Translations under genes and position numbers: made by a program
Part shown: positions 39,673 through 49,178 of the stretch, piece after piece
Layout of the letters: the number at the start of each line of letters is the position of its first letter
How positions within the stretch are numbered: the first letter of the stretch is position 1
Source: Myxococcota bacterium
GTDB taxonomy: Bacteria > Myxococcota_A > SURF-8
Assembly: GCA_965140415.1 (NCBI GenBank)
Contig: OZ223209.1
Location: forward strand, 5,888,001-5,952,000
Direction of reading: 5' to 3'
Length of the DNA: 64,000 bases
The notes under the pieces: generated by a model
Database searches by the model: none
Told to the model about the DNA's origin: nothing
Seen by the model: only the letters and a program-made list of their open reading frames with translations

Positions 39673-41058
39673 TCAGCCGGAATTCTTCGGTTCCTTACCA
39701 CCAATAGATGATCTCTCCAGAAGTCCCGTGACTTCCGCCTGGATTTCCCCCTGCGCCGGATGGATATTCAGCCGGTCGCCGACGGAAAGCCCCATGGCTT
39801 GCGTCACTACATGACCCTCTTGATCCGTTACCAGCGCATATCCGCGCCCCAATACCGCCAATGGAGACAGCGCATCCAGACGCAAGGCCAGCCGACCCAG
39901 TCGTTCCCGGTGACGCTGTAAAATCTGTTGCATGGCAACATCCAGATTGCGCCGCTGCCCCAAGAAGTCCGCCCGCAGGCGCTCGAAGCGCCGCCCGGGA
40001 TGCTGACGTTCCAGGCGTTGTGCAAGCTGTTGCAATCTCACTCGATTTTGCTGTAGCTGCATGGTGGGTGCATCGAACAGGCGCTGGGTCAAATCGTCCA
40101 ATCGCAGGCGATAATCGATCAATCGCCGCTCCGGACTGGGCAGTCGGTGCCGCAAGCGCTCAAGGCGCTGCTCGGCCTGTTGCAACGTCTGTTGCATGGC
40201 GCGTTGTGCACGTTGCAGCAACCAACCGAGTTGTTCCTGTTGCTCGCTGAGCACTGGAACGGCCAGTTCCGCCGCCGCCGAGGGGGTCGGCGCGCGCAAA
40301 TCGGCGGCAAAATCGGCAATCGTGACATCCGTTTCGTGCCCCACCGCCGAAATAATCGGTACAGGGCAGGCACGGATGGCACGTGCTACCGCTTCGTCGT
40401 TAAAGGCCCACAGATCCTCGATGCTGCCGCCGCCGCGCCCGACGATCACCAGGTCCACGTCTTTCAATTCTCCAGCAATCTGCAAGGCTTGGACGATCTC
40501 AGCCGGAGCCTGTGTACCCTGCACCAAGGTCGGCACGACCGAAATCCAGGCGCGCGGATGACGTCGTAAAATCACGCGGATCATGTCATGCACCGCCGCA
40601 CCGGAGGGCGAGGTCACCAGTGCGATACGATGCGGGAGTTGGGGCAGGGGGCGCTTCAATGCGGAATCGAACAGACCTTCACGTCCCAAACGATCTTTCA
40701 ACTCCTCAAAGGCGGCCATCAGTTTTCCAAGGCCGCGATCTTCCACCGAATCGACGACAAGCTGATAGGAGCCGCGTGGCTCGTACACACTCAGCCGACC
40801 TCGTAATAAAAGCTGGTCGCCTTCCTTCGGCGGGTTTCGCACGAAACGATTGTTGCCGCGAAACATGACACAGGAAAGCTGGGCCCGCGGATCTTTCAAG
40901 GTAAAATACCAATGCCCGGAACGGGCAATGGTCACGTTGGAGATTTCGCCTTCCACCAGAACGCGAGTGAAGCCGCCTTCAAGCCGCTGTTTGATTTCGT
41001 ATGTGAGTTCCGAAACGCTGTAAACCGTTTCCTGAATGCCTGGCGCCTGCGGTTTCAC
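39673..41058 (-). CDS. xseA: Exodeoxyribonuclease VII large subunit
   Basis: VEGEISN, SGHWYFTLKD, RGGGSIEDLWAFN, SAVGHETD, APTPSAAAE, LGRGYA. Confidence 0.96.
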   Translation of the reverse strand: MKPQAPGIQETVYSVSELTYEIKQRLEGGFTRVLVEGEISNVTIARSGHWYFTLKDPRAQLSCVMFRGNNRFVRNPPKEGDQLLLRGRLSVYEPRGSYQLVVDSVEDRGLGKLMAAFEELKDRLGREGLFDSALKRPLPQLPHRIALVTSPSGAAVHDMIRVILRRHPRAWISVVPTLVQGTQAPAEIVQALQIAGELKDVDLVIVGRGGGSIEDLWAFNDEAVARAIRACPVPIISAVGHETDVTIADFAADLRAPTPSAAAELAVPVLSEQQEQLGWLLQRAQRAMQQTLQQAEQRLERLRHRLPSPERRLIDYRLRLDDLTQRLFDAPTMQLQQNRVRLQQLAQRLERQHPGRRFERLRADFLGQRRNLDVAMQQILQRHRERLGRLALRLDALSPLAVLGRGYALVTDQEGHVVTQAMGLSVGDRLNIHPAQGEIQAEVTGLLERSSIGGKEPKNSG

Positions 41059-41077
41059 GTCGTCAAAAGGCTGCCGT

Positions 41078-41932
41078 TCAGCTTCTAAGGGTGAGGCTGG
41101 ATTTCAGTTTCAGGAAATTCTCTTTCGATCCGGCGGCAATGGTCCACGGAAGCTGGCTGGCGTTGGCATAGTCCCGGCCATAAAGCGGTTCTTCCGTTTC
41201 CAGGTTGAAAAAGCCGCCACCGGCCTGGCGCAATATCAGTTCCACAGCCGCGATATCCCAGAGATGACAATTGAATATGGCGCCCACGCCCGCGCCACGC
41301 GCAACAGCCGCCACATGGGCTGCCACACTGCCTAGCGAACGATGCTTGCCTTTGAAATCACTATTGAAATATCTTTGGAAATCACTGGGGATGAACAAGG
41401 CGCTACGACCGTCGAAAGTCGGTGAAATAGCGACGTGAATGGCTCGAACGCTTTCACCTGCACGTCCCGGTTGAAACACCAAAGAAGGATCGCCCAGCGT
41501 GGTGCTGCAATACAATTCGCGTGTGATCGGCTGATAGAACACGCCAACCAGGGGATCGCCATCGCGAAGCAATGCAATCGAGATTCCCCAAACCGGCAAA
41601 CCGGTTGCGAAGCTGTCGGTGCCGTCGATGGGATCCACTACCCACAGGAAACCTTCGCCGGATGTGGACTTTTCTCCTTTTTGCTCTTCTTCACCCAGAA
41701 AGTGGTGATCGGGAAAGCGATTTTTAATCGCTTCTTCCAGCATCGCCTGGATATCCACGTCGGTCTGCGTAACCCAGGAGGAGTCCCCCTTAAGCCAGCC
41801 ATGGCTGTTGCGAAACTGTTTTTCGGCCATATTTCCGGCTTCTATTGCCAAATCCCGCGCGAACGCAAGATAATATTGATCGGATTGTTCGTGCATTCCC
41901 TCTTGCCTCCCAATAAAAAACGCATCCAGCAT
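41078..41932 (-). CDS. Inositol monophosphatase family protein
   Basis: VTQTD, GEE, WVVDPIDGT, WDIAA. Start may be 41896. Confidence 0.9.
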   Translation of the reverse strand: MLDAFFIGRQEGMHEQSDQYYLAFARDLAIEAGNMAEKQFRNSHGWLKGDSSWVTQTDVDIQAMLEEAIKNRFPDHHFLGEEEQKGEKSTSGEGFLWVVDPIDGTDSFATGLPVWGISIALLRDGDPLVGVFYQPITRELYCSTTLGDPSLVFQPGRAGESVRAIHVAISPTFDGRSALFIPSDFQRYFNSDFKGKHRSLGSVAAHVAAVARGAGVGAIFNCHLWDIAAVELILRQAGGGFFNLETEEPLYGRDYANASQLPWTIAAGSKENFLKLKSSLTLRS

Positions 41933-42195
41933 CGCCGCCTATGCTAGCAGATTTCATAAGAAATCGACAAGCATTTAGTTTGAGTTCATTCGGCAAAACG
42001 ACCTTTTCACTGAATACCCCCAGAGCATTTTTCTCCGATTACAGACATAACGACAGAATGAGGCATCACTCAGTTTTGGTGTGACATTGTTTGTCCGTCA
42101 ACCACTGTAAACCAATCGGATACAATTAAACACTCCGTAACACACTGAAATAACATGTCTATTTTTAAAATAATAGTGCTTTGCGTCAATTTGAC

Positions 42196-42224
42196 TTGAC
42201 TATTTATTCAAGTTTTGTTAGCAT
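42196..42224 (+). promoter_or_regulatory. Sigma70 promoter of carD
   Basis: TTGACT-17 nt-TAGCAT with extended -10 TG. Confidence 0.7.
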
Positions 42225-42258
42225 CATCGGGCCTTAACGTATCGGGAGGTTGAACATA

Positions 42259-42747
42259 ATGATGAGTTTTGCGATAGGTGATAAAGCTGTATATCCCGCT
42301 CATGGCGTTGGCGAGATCACCGGCATTGAAGAAAAAGAAGTCGCCGGGCAGACCTTGAAGTTTTACGTGCTCAAGATTCTAGACAACGACATGACCATTC
42401 TCATCCCCTCTTCCAACGTGGAAAAGGTCGGTCTGCGCGAAGTGATTACTTCCCGCCAGGTTCGCAATGTGATGAGTATTCTCAAAGAGCGAGACGTCGA
42501 AGTGGATCGCCAAACCTGGAATCGGCGATATCGGGAGTATATGGAAAAAATCAAGACGGGTTCGGTGTATGAAGTCGCCGAAGTCATCCGCGATCTGTAT
42601 ATCCTGGCCGACGACAAGGAATTGAGCTTCGGCGAACGTAAAATGCTCGACATGGCCCGCGGCCTGCTCGTCAAAGAGCTGTCCATTGCCCGCCGCAAAG
42701 ACGAAGCCGTCATCGAAAACGAACTGGATTCGATCTTCAGCTGTTAA
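42259..42747 (+). CDS. carD: CarD/CdnL RNA polymerase-binding factor
   Basis: GDKAVYPAHGVG, QTWNRRYRE, LSFGERKML; synteny with ispDF-cysS. Confidence 0.93.
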   Translation: MMSFAIGDKAVYPAHGVGEITGIEEKEVAGQTLKFYVLKILDNDMTILIPSSNVEKVGLREVITSRQVRNVMSILKERDVEVDRQTWNRRYREYMEKIKTGSVYEVAEVIRDLYILADDKELSFGERKMLDMARGLLVKELSIARRKDEAVIENELDSIFSC

Positions 42748-42904
42748 CCCTGTTTTCAACTGAACACACATTTTCCCACATCACCGCCTGTGGTCGAATC
42801 GACTGCAAGCGGGTTGTGGTGTTGTGTCCGTGATAGCAGAGACAGCGTTTATCAGATACAACGATATCGGTTCTTAATCATTTTTAGCGATTCGTTCTTT
42901 TGAT

Positions 42905-43100
42905 TTCCCGTAGCGGGGATCGTGGCGGTCCTGCGTCCGGCTTTGCCCGGATAAGAGTAAGTATTATTTGAATAGCGCCACGACCAAGGGTGCCACGGAC
43001 TTTCGCCTGTAAGGCGAATGACCGTGCCTATTCTAAGCTTCCGGGCCATCGATTCGTATGAATCGAAGACCCGGGCAGCCACTTGCAATAGCGCAACTCA
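42905..43100. ncRNA. Candidate structured non-coding RNA, family unknown
   Basis: Five or six adjacent stems in a gene-free gap; most G-U pairs favour the minus strand. Confidence 0.35.
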
Positions 43101-43344
43101 ACTAATAGTGACTATAAAATCCCGGTGGATTGTCACTTGGCGTATCCGTTGCAATAAAATGATTGATTTCGGCAGGTTGAAGTGGTAGGAATCGGGTAGG
43201 CTGCTGCATTTGTTGTGCGGCTTCGAATGGGAAATAATGACTTGTAACAAGATCCCTGTGTGGCTGGGACCATGGTTCCGATTACCGCCCGGTGAATCCG
43301 GCGGTAGATAGGATCGGTCCAGACGTACTAGAAAGGGAAAAACA

Positions 43345-44520
43345 CTGCCGAACCTATACGTTATCATCGTTGCTGGTGGCTCCGGTTCGCGCGTAGGCGG
43401 ATCGATCCCCAAGCAGTTTCTGTCTTTGCGAGGACGTCGGATTCTGGATTGGAGCCTGAGTACGTTCGACTCCATCCCGGAAGTGCGTGGCATTGTGGTT
43501 GTCGTTCCCGAAGAATTCGTGGAGGAAACCCAGAACCGCTTGAACGAAGAGAAAACGACGGAAAAGCTGATCGCCGTTCTCGCAGGCGGCGGACGACGCC
43601 AGGAGAGCGTCCTGGCCGGACTGAAAGCCCTGCCACATCATGCCGAATGGGTAGCCGTTCACGACGCCGCCCGGCCCTTCGTCACCACCCAGTTGATTTC
43701 CGCCACGTTCTCCCTGGCCCAGCACATCGGTGCAGCCATTCCCACTGTTGCCATACACGATACTCTGGTGCAGGTGGATGAGTTCGGCCAGCTCGTGCGT
43801 CCCATTTCCCGTAACGCCATCAAGCGTTCGCAAACGCCGCAGATTTTCGCTCTGGAGATTCTGTCGGACGCACATACGCGGGCGGCGGACGATGGCCTGG
43901 TCTTCACCGACGACGCCACTCTGGTCAACTATTACGGTCACAAGGTGGGTACCTTCGCGCATTACGGCGAAAACCGCAAAATCACCACCCCCCAGGATCT
44001 GGAGAAAATCACCATGCAGAAATCTGCGCAAACCGGCGTGATTCGCACGGGTCAAGGTTTCGATGCACATCCTTTCGACGAAGACCGCCCACTGTTATTG
44101 GCTGGGGTTCATTTCAACGGTCATAAAGGGCTAAAGGGTCACAGCGACGCCGACGTCATTTCCCACGCCATCTGCGACGCCGTACTGGGTGCGGCAGGGC
44201 TGGCGGATATCGGACACTATTTCCCTTCAACCGATCCCGCTTATGAAAACGTATCGGGCTTGGTGCTGCTTAGCGAAGTGGCTCAGCTCGTCAATGAAAA
44301 AGGCTTCGATATCAGTAATGTAGACGCAACCCTGATCGGGGAGAGTCCGCGTATCGGCACGCGCCGCGAGCAGATGTGCGAAAAGGTGGCCGCCGCGCTG
44401 TCGATCGATTCCGACTGTGTCTCCATCAAAGCCAGCACCACCGAGAAAATGGGTTTCACCGGTCGCGAGGAAGGCCTGATGGCCTTATCCGTTGCGACTT
44501 TGATTGTACGAGGAGAATGA
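43345..44520 (+). CDS. ispDF: Bifunctional IspD/IspF with probable CTG start
   Basis: IIVAGGSGSRVG..PKQF upstream of the track start, RQESV, VHDAARP, QTPQ, TDD, KITT; GFDAH, GHSDADV, DIGHYFP, KASTTE. Confidence 0.93.
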   Translation: MPNLYVIIVAGGSGSRVGGSIPKQFLSLRGRRILDWSLSTFDSIPEVRGIVVVVPEEFVEETQNRLNEEKTTEKLIAVLAGGGRRQESVLAGLKALPHHAEWVAVHDAARPFVTTQLISATFSLAQHIGAAIPTVAIHDTLVQVDEFGQLVRPISRNAIKRSQTPQIFALEILSDAHTRAADDGLVFTDDATLVNYYGHKVGTFAHYGENRKITTPQDLEKITMQKSAQTGVIRTGQGFDAHPFDEDRPLLLAGVHFNGHKGLKGHSDADVISHAICDAVLGAAGLADIGHYFPSTDPAYENVSGLVLLSEVAQLVNEKGFDISNVDATLIGESPRIGTRREQMCEKVAAALSIDSDCVSIKASTTEKMGFTGREEGLMALSVATLIVRGE

Positions 44521-45194
44521 TGGCCAATAGCGAAAACAGACTGCCCGACGAACCCGAGCAGGAGGAAGTGGACGCCGAGATGCAGGCGCAGCAGGAGGAA
44601 ATGGAAGAGGAGTGGTACGACTCCGATCCGACTCCAACGCCGGTCAAGCGTCAACGTCCGGTCTGGGTTGGCTTTGTGGCCATCCTATTGTGTTGTTACT
44701 TCCTCTGGTCGCTGCTGCCCGACCTGTTTTACTTTTTCGTTCATGGCGAGCCGACGGACATGGGCAATGGTGTTGAGTTCACCGGCACCGATCTGCCCGA
44801 CGATTCCTACGTCACGATCACCGGTATTCGCAATCCTTCGCGCGGCATTCACCTGAATGCGGCGTTTCGGGATCGCAACCTGTTCCAGTTGATGGGAACC
44901 CGGCTGGTGTTCATCGAAACCATCGTCGAGACGGACAAGAAACGAGAAGGACTGCACGAAGAAGTATTCAGCGGGCGCTTACGGCGCTTCAACTCGCTGC
45001 CTTATGCCCAGACCCTGGCCGATTTTGCCGCCTTCAATTTCGGAATCGAAATCGAAGATCAAGCGGTGGTCATCCAGGCGGGCGAACAACCGAAAGACAT
45101 GTGGTATGCCGCGTTGTTTGCGGGACTGCTCCTGCTCGTCATCCTCGCCAACGTGGCATTGATCGTCCGTCGCCTGAAGGCACGCAAAGGCTAA
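44517..45194 (+). CDS. Hypothetical membrane protein (acidic N-tail, two TM helices)
   Basis: ATGA overlap with the ispDF stop; SD GAGGAG; N- and C-terminal TM segments. Confidence 0.8.
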   Translation: MMANSENRLPDEPEQEEVDAEMQAQQEEMEEEWYDSDPTPTPVKRQRPVWVGFVAILLCCYFLWSLLPDLFYFFVHGEPTDMGNGVEFTGTDLPDDSYVTITGIRNPSRGIHLNAAFRDRNLFQLMGTRLVFIETIVETDKKREGLHEEVFSGRLRRFNSLPYAQTLADFAAFNFGIEIEDQAVVIQAGEQPKDMWYAALFAGLLLLVILANVALIVRRLKARKG

Positions 45195-45265
45195 GCGCCC
45201 CAACAAACCAAGCGCATCTCTTGGTGATAAAGAGATGAAATTACAGGATATGAAAGGCATTTGTG

Positions 45266-46741
45266 ATGACCTTGAAAGTATATAACACCCTGACTCAACA
45301 CAAGGAAGACTTCGTTCCCATCAATCCACCCAAAGTGGGCATGTACGTTTGCGGCGTGACGGTCTACGACCTGTCGCATATCGGCCACGCACGGGCGACC
45401 ATCACTTTCGATGTCGTCTACCGTTACCTGAAACACATCGGTTACGACGTAACCTATGTACGCAACTTCACGGATATCGACGATAAAATCATCAAGCGCG
45501 CCAACGAACTGGAAATCACCACCGGCGAACTGACGCAGAAATACATCCAGGCGTTCAGCGACGACATGGCCGCGCTGCGTCTGCAAACGCCGGATCTGGA
45601 ACCGCGCTGCACCGAATACGTGGAAAAGATGATCGGGTTTATTTCGACGCTGGTCGAGAAAGGCCACGCCTACCCGACCGCTTCCGGCGACGTGTACTAT
45701 CGCGTGCAGAGCTTCAAAGGCTACGGCAAACTGTCCAAGCGCAATCTGGACGATCTGGAGGCGGGCGCACGGGTGGAAATCAACCCGGAAAAAGAATCGC
45801 CGATGGACTTTGCACTGTGGAAAGGCAGCAAGCCCGGCGAGCCGAAGTGGGAGTCTCCCTGGGGCGAAGGCCGTCCCGGCTGGCACATCGAATGCTCGGT
45901 GATGAGTACCACGAATCTGGGGTTGAGCCTGGATATCCACGGCGGCGGCAAGGATCTGGTCTTCCCGCACCACGAAAACGAAATAGCACAGAGCGAAGCC
46001 TATACCGGGCAGGAATACGCCAAATACTGGCTGCACAACGGTTTCGTCAACGTTCCCAGCCAGGGCGATCCGGGCGGCACCAAGATGTCGAAGTCGCTTG
46101 GGAATTTCTACACTATCCGCGACGTGCTGGCGGCTTATCATCCGGAAACGGTGAAATTCTTCATGCTCAGCACGCACTATCGAAACGACGTGCTCTTTAC
46201 CGAGGAGCAGTTGAATAAAGCCCAGGCGCGCCTGAGTTATCTGTACGAAACCATGGCGAAAGCCGACGCCTTTGTGGCCGAGCACGACGGCGAGGGTGGC
46301 CAGTTGATCGCGAACAGCAAAGCCGAAAACGTGTTGAGCGATTTTCAGGCGGCGATGGACGACGACTTCAACACGCAACGCGCCTTCGGGCAGCTCTCCG
46401 GCGTGTTCAAGCAACTCAACGAGTTGATCAACAAGCAAGAGCATCCCCTGCCCGACCGCGTGGTGACCATCGCTCGCTTGTGGGAAGAGTTGCGCACCGT
46501 TTCCGAAGTGCTGGGCGTATTCACCATGCAGCCGCAGCAGTTCGAACAAGACCTGAAACTGCTGCGCTGCAAGCAGTTGAACATCGACCCGGACGAAATC
46601 GAGAATCTGATCGCCCAACGCAACCAGGCACGCGCGGAAAAGGATTGGAGCAAGGCGGATACCATTCGCGATGAACTGGCGGCGAAAAAGGTCGTGATCA
46701 AGGATTCGAAGGACGGAACGAGCTGGACCGTGCAGTCATAA
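45266..46741 (+). CDS. cysS: Cysteine-tRNA ligase
   Basis: YVCGVTVY, HIGH, PGWHIECS, DIHGGGKDL.FPHHENE, KMSKS. Confidence 0.97.
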   Translation: MTLKVYNTLTQHKEDFVPINPPKVGMYVCGVTVYDLSHIGHARATITFDVVYRYLKHIGYDVTYVRNFTDIDDKIIKRANELEITTGELTQKYIQAFSDDMAALRLQTPDLEPRCTEYVEKMIGFISTLVEKGHAYPTASGDVYYRVQSFKGYGKLSKRNLDDLEAGARVEINPEKESPMDFALWKGSKPGEPKWESPWGEGRPGWHIECSVMSTTNLGLSLDIHGGGKDLVFPHHENEIAQSEAYTGQEYAKYWLHNGFVNVPSQGDPGGTKMSKSLGNFYTIRDVLAAYHPETVKFFMLSTHYRNDVLFTEEQLNKAQARLSYLYETMAKADAFVAEHDGEGGQLIANSKAENVLSDFQAAMDDDFNTQRAFGQLSGVFKQLNELINKQEHPLPDRVVTIARLWEELRTVSEVLGVFTMQPQQFEQDLKLLRCKQLNIDPDEIENLIAQRNQARAEKDWSKADTIRDELAAKKVVIKDSKDGTSWTVQS

Positions 46742-46818
46742 ACGCACGGATGTCTTGACAGCCAGGCAAGTGGTTAACGAGCGGGCCTTCGGGCCTGCTC
46801 GCTTTAGAAAGAAGTGCA

Positions 46819-47910
46819 ATGAATATCATGACGGTCGTCGGCGCACGACCCAACTTCATCAAGATGGCGCCTTTACTAAGAGAGCTGCAAAGCCGGGGTA
46901 TCGGGCATACCCTGGTCAACACCGGGCAGCACTACGATGGACAGATGAGCCAGGTCTTTTTTCAGGATCTGCATTTACCCGAGCCCGATATTTCTTTGGG
47001 CATCGGCAGCGCTTCGCATGCGGTACAGACCGCCGAAACCATGATTCATTTCGACGAAGTGCTCCACGATCTGAACCCGACCTGTGTGGTCGTTACCGGC
47101 GGCGTCAATTCCACGCTGGCCTGTGTGCTCACTGCCGCCAAGCTCGGCTATCCGGTGGCGCATCTGGGTGCGGGAAAACGTCACTTCAACCGCAAAATGC
47201 CGGATGAAATCAACCGCATCGTCAACGATCACCTGACCGATGTGCTGTTCACCTCGTCCGAATACGAAACGAAAAACCTGATGAACGAAGGCGTGCAGCG
47301 GGCGCGCATTCATCAGGTCGGCAACATCCTGATCGACGCTCTGCTGGCGTTTCGCGAGCGCGAGGAAAGTTCCACGATCCTTTCCAAGCTCAACCTGCAA
47401 CCCAAGCGCTACGGCGTAATTACCATGCACAAGCCGTCCAACGTCGATGACGCCTACCAGCTTGAACTGATGGTCGGCGCGTTGGAACGCATCGCCACGC
47501 GCATTCCGCTGGTTTTTCCGGTGCATCCGCGCACGGCGCTGATGTTGTCGCGTTACAACCTGGAAGGACGCCTGACCCAGAATGAAAACATCCACGCCAT
47601 CGATCCGTTGGGCTATATCGATTTTCTTGCGTTGATGAGCGCCAGTTGCATGGTGTTGACGGATTCGGGCGGCGTGCAGGAAGAAACCACGGTCATGGGC
47701 GTTCCCTGTCTGACCATGATGGAGCATACCAACCGACCGGCCACCGTGGTCATCGGCACCAATCACACCATCGGACAGATGCCGGAAACCATCATTTCCG
47801 CCGCCTTCAAGATTTTGGATGGCAAAGTCAAGCAGGGGCATATCCCTGAAAAGTGGGATGGACAGACCGCAAAGCGCATCACCGATGTGCTTTTGCAATA
47901 TTTCAGCTAG
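46819..47910 (+). CDS. wecB: UDP-GlcNAc 2-epimerase (WecB) homolog with substituted catalytic residues
   Basis: GARPNFIK, TGQHYD, EINR, FPVHPRT, TDSGGVQEE; but TGGVNS and HLGAG where the family has GDxNS and HVEAG. Confidence 0.85.
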   Translation: MNIMTVVGARPNFIKMAPLLRELQSRGIGHTLVNTGQHYDGQMSQVFFQDLHLPEPDISLGIGSASHAVQTAETMIHFDEVLHDLNPTCVVVTGGVNSTLACVLTAAKLGYPVAHLGAGKRHFNRKMPDEINRIVNDHLTDVLFTSSEYETKNLMNEGVQRARIHQVGNILIDALLAFREREESSTILSKLNLQPKRYGVITMHKPSNVDDAYQLELMVGALERIATRIPLVFPVHPRTALMLSRYNLEGRLTQNENIHAIDPLGYIDFLALMSASCMVLTDSGGVQEETTVMGVPCLTMMEHTNRPATVVIGTNHTIGQMPETIISAAFKILDGKVKQGHIPEKWDGQTAKRITDVLLQYFS

Positions 47911-47985
47911 CTGTCAGATACGCCAGAAGTAATCGTAACCAGAGTGATTCCTGATCGTTTCAAGAGATACATATTTCTTGATTTC

Positions 47986-48237
47986 TGTAGCGGCGAGGCG
48001 TAAGCCCGCCGTTTTAGAGTAGGTATTACTCATTTCTGTCCATCGAGTAATCACGATGTGCCATGGTCTCACGGAATGGAAATTCCGGGAGGCCGTGTGT
48101 AACTTATTGAAGACACACAGCCTTCCACGATCTTCGATCGCGTAAGACTATGGCACACATTATTCAAATTAATGGCTAAAAATGATTAAGAACCGTTTTA
48201 AAGGTGTTTTTCGGCGGGCTTACGCCTCGCCGCTACA
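47986..48237. repeat. Composite REPIN: perfect 26-bp inverted GTAG REPs (family A) enclosing family B and E elements
   Basis: 47986..48011 tgtagcggcgaggcgtaagcccgccg is the exact reverse complement of 48212..48237. Confidence 0.9.
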
Positions 48238-48254
48238 ACAAGACATCACTAGTA

Positions 48255-49178
48255 ATGAATAATAATTCTAAAAACACTTCTGCGCTCTCTGCTGCACAAC
48301 AGCGCTTCGTTCGGGGCGAGCTGGCCCGGCGGCAACTGTTGCAGATCGCCTCGCGCCTGCACATGCAGGGCATACGACTGATTCCCATGAAGGGTGTGCT
48401 GTTTCGGCATCTGCTCTACGACGATCCCGCCGAGCGCGACCTGACCGATCTGGACCTGTTGGTGCATCCCGCCGATTTCGAGCGGGCCGCTTCCGCGCTG
48501 CAAACGCTGGGGTATCGCTGTGAACGAAACGCCAGGGCGCGCTTGCGTTTCGGGGCCTATATCGAACGCGCCTTTAGTAGACCCGCAGCACTGACCGTCG
48601 ATCTGCACGCACAACCCGCCACCGGCCACGGTGCGGCCCAATACACCCAGAAGTTGTTTACTGATGCGATGGCCGGAGAAGCTCCGTTTCATCGACCGAA
48701 TATTTTAATACCTGCTCCCGAACACTTGCTGGTCATGATGGCCCTGCATCTGCGCGATCACGGCCTGCGCATCGAGTCCTACCAGCTAAACGACGCCCAC
48801 CGCCTGTTGCGTCGTCTACATCCCGACCTCGCCGCTTCCGCCAGCCTGGCCGAGCTTGCAGGCGCCAGAGTCGCACTGGAACTATTATTGGATCTGGTAA
48901 AGGATGCAACGACCGAACACGAACGCCTGCGCCTGACGTTACATCAACAAATCAAACGACGTCTGCTGCAAACCGTCACCGAACGCGACGAGTGCGGCTA
49001 TCGACCACCGCATCCAATCGGAACCCACGGCGTGGGAGAGCGCATCTGGCGTTTGGGTCTGCATCTGGTATTGGCCAGAGACGGCCTGCTGGAGTCCGCG
49101 TTGTCTCAAAGCGAGCACGTCGCCTACGAACTACGCACCTTGTTCGACCTGGTACGCAAGCACGCCCAAAACGGCTGA
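48255..49178 (+). CDS. Nucleotidyltransferase family protein (NTP_transf_5-like)
   Basis: IPMKG, R.LTDLDLLV, VDLH, PAPEHLL. Confidence 0.8.
   Translation: MNNNSKNTSALSAAQQRFVRGELARRQLLQIASRLHMQGIRLIPMKGVLFRHLLYDDPAERDLTDLDLLVHPADFERAASALQTLGYRCERNARARLRFGAYIERAFSRPAALTVDLHAQPATGHGAAQYTQKLFTDAMAGEAPFHRPNILIPAPEHLLVMMALHLRDHGLRIESYQLNDAHRLLRRLHPDLAASASLAELAGARVALELLLDLVKDATTEHERLRLTLHQQIKRRLLQTVTERDECGYRPPHPIGTHGVGERIWRLGLHLVLARDGLLESALSQSEHVAYELRTLFDLVRKHAQNG

Noticed and set aside
42852-43088. 78-aa minus-strand ORF in the carD-ispDF gap
   Set aside because: TTG start, no SD, no motif; overlaps the structured region.
45191-46618. Long antisense ORFs (also 46975..47898, 53762..55291, 57860..58852, 6104..7171)
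   Set aside because: Shadow frames of well-supported genes caused by codon bias.
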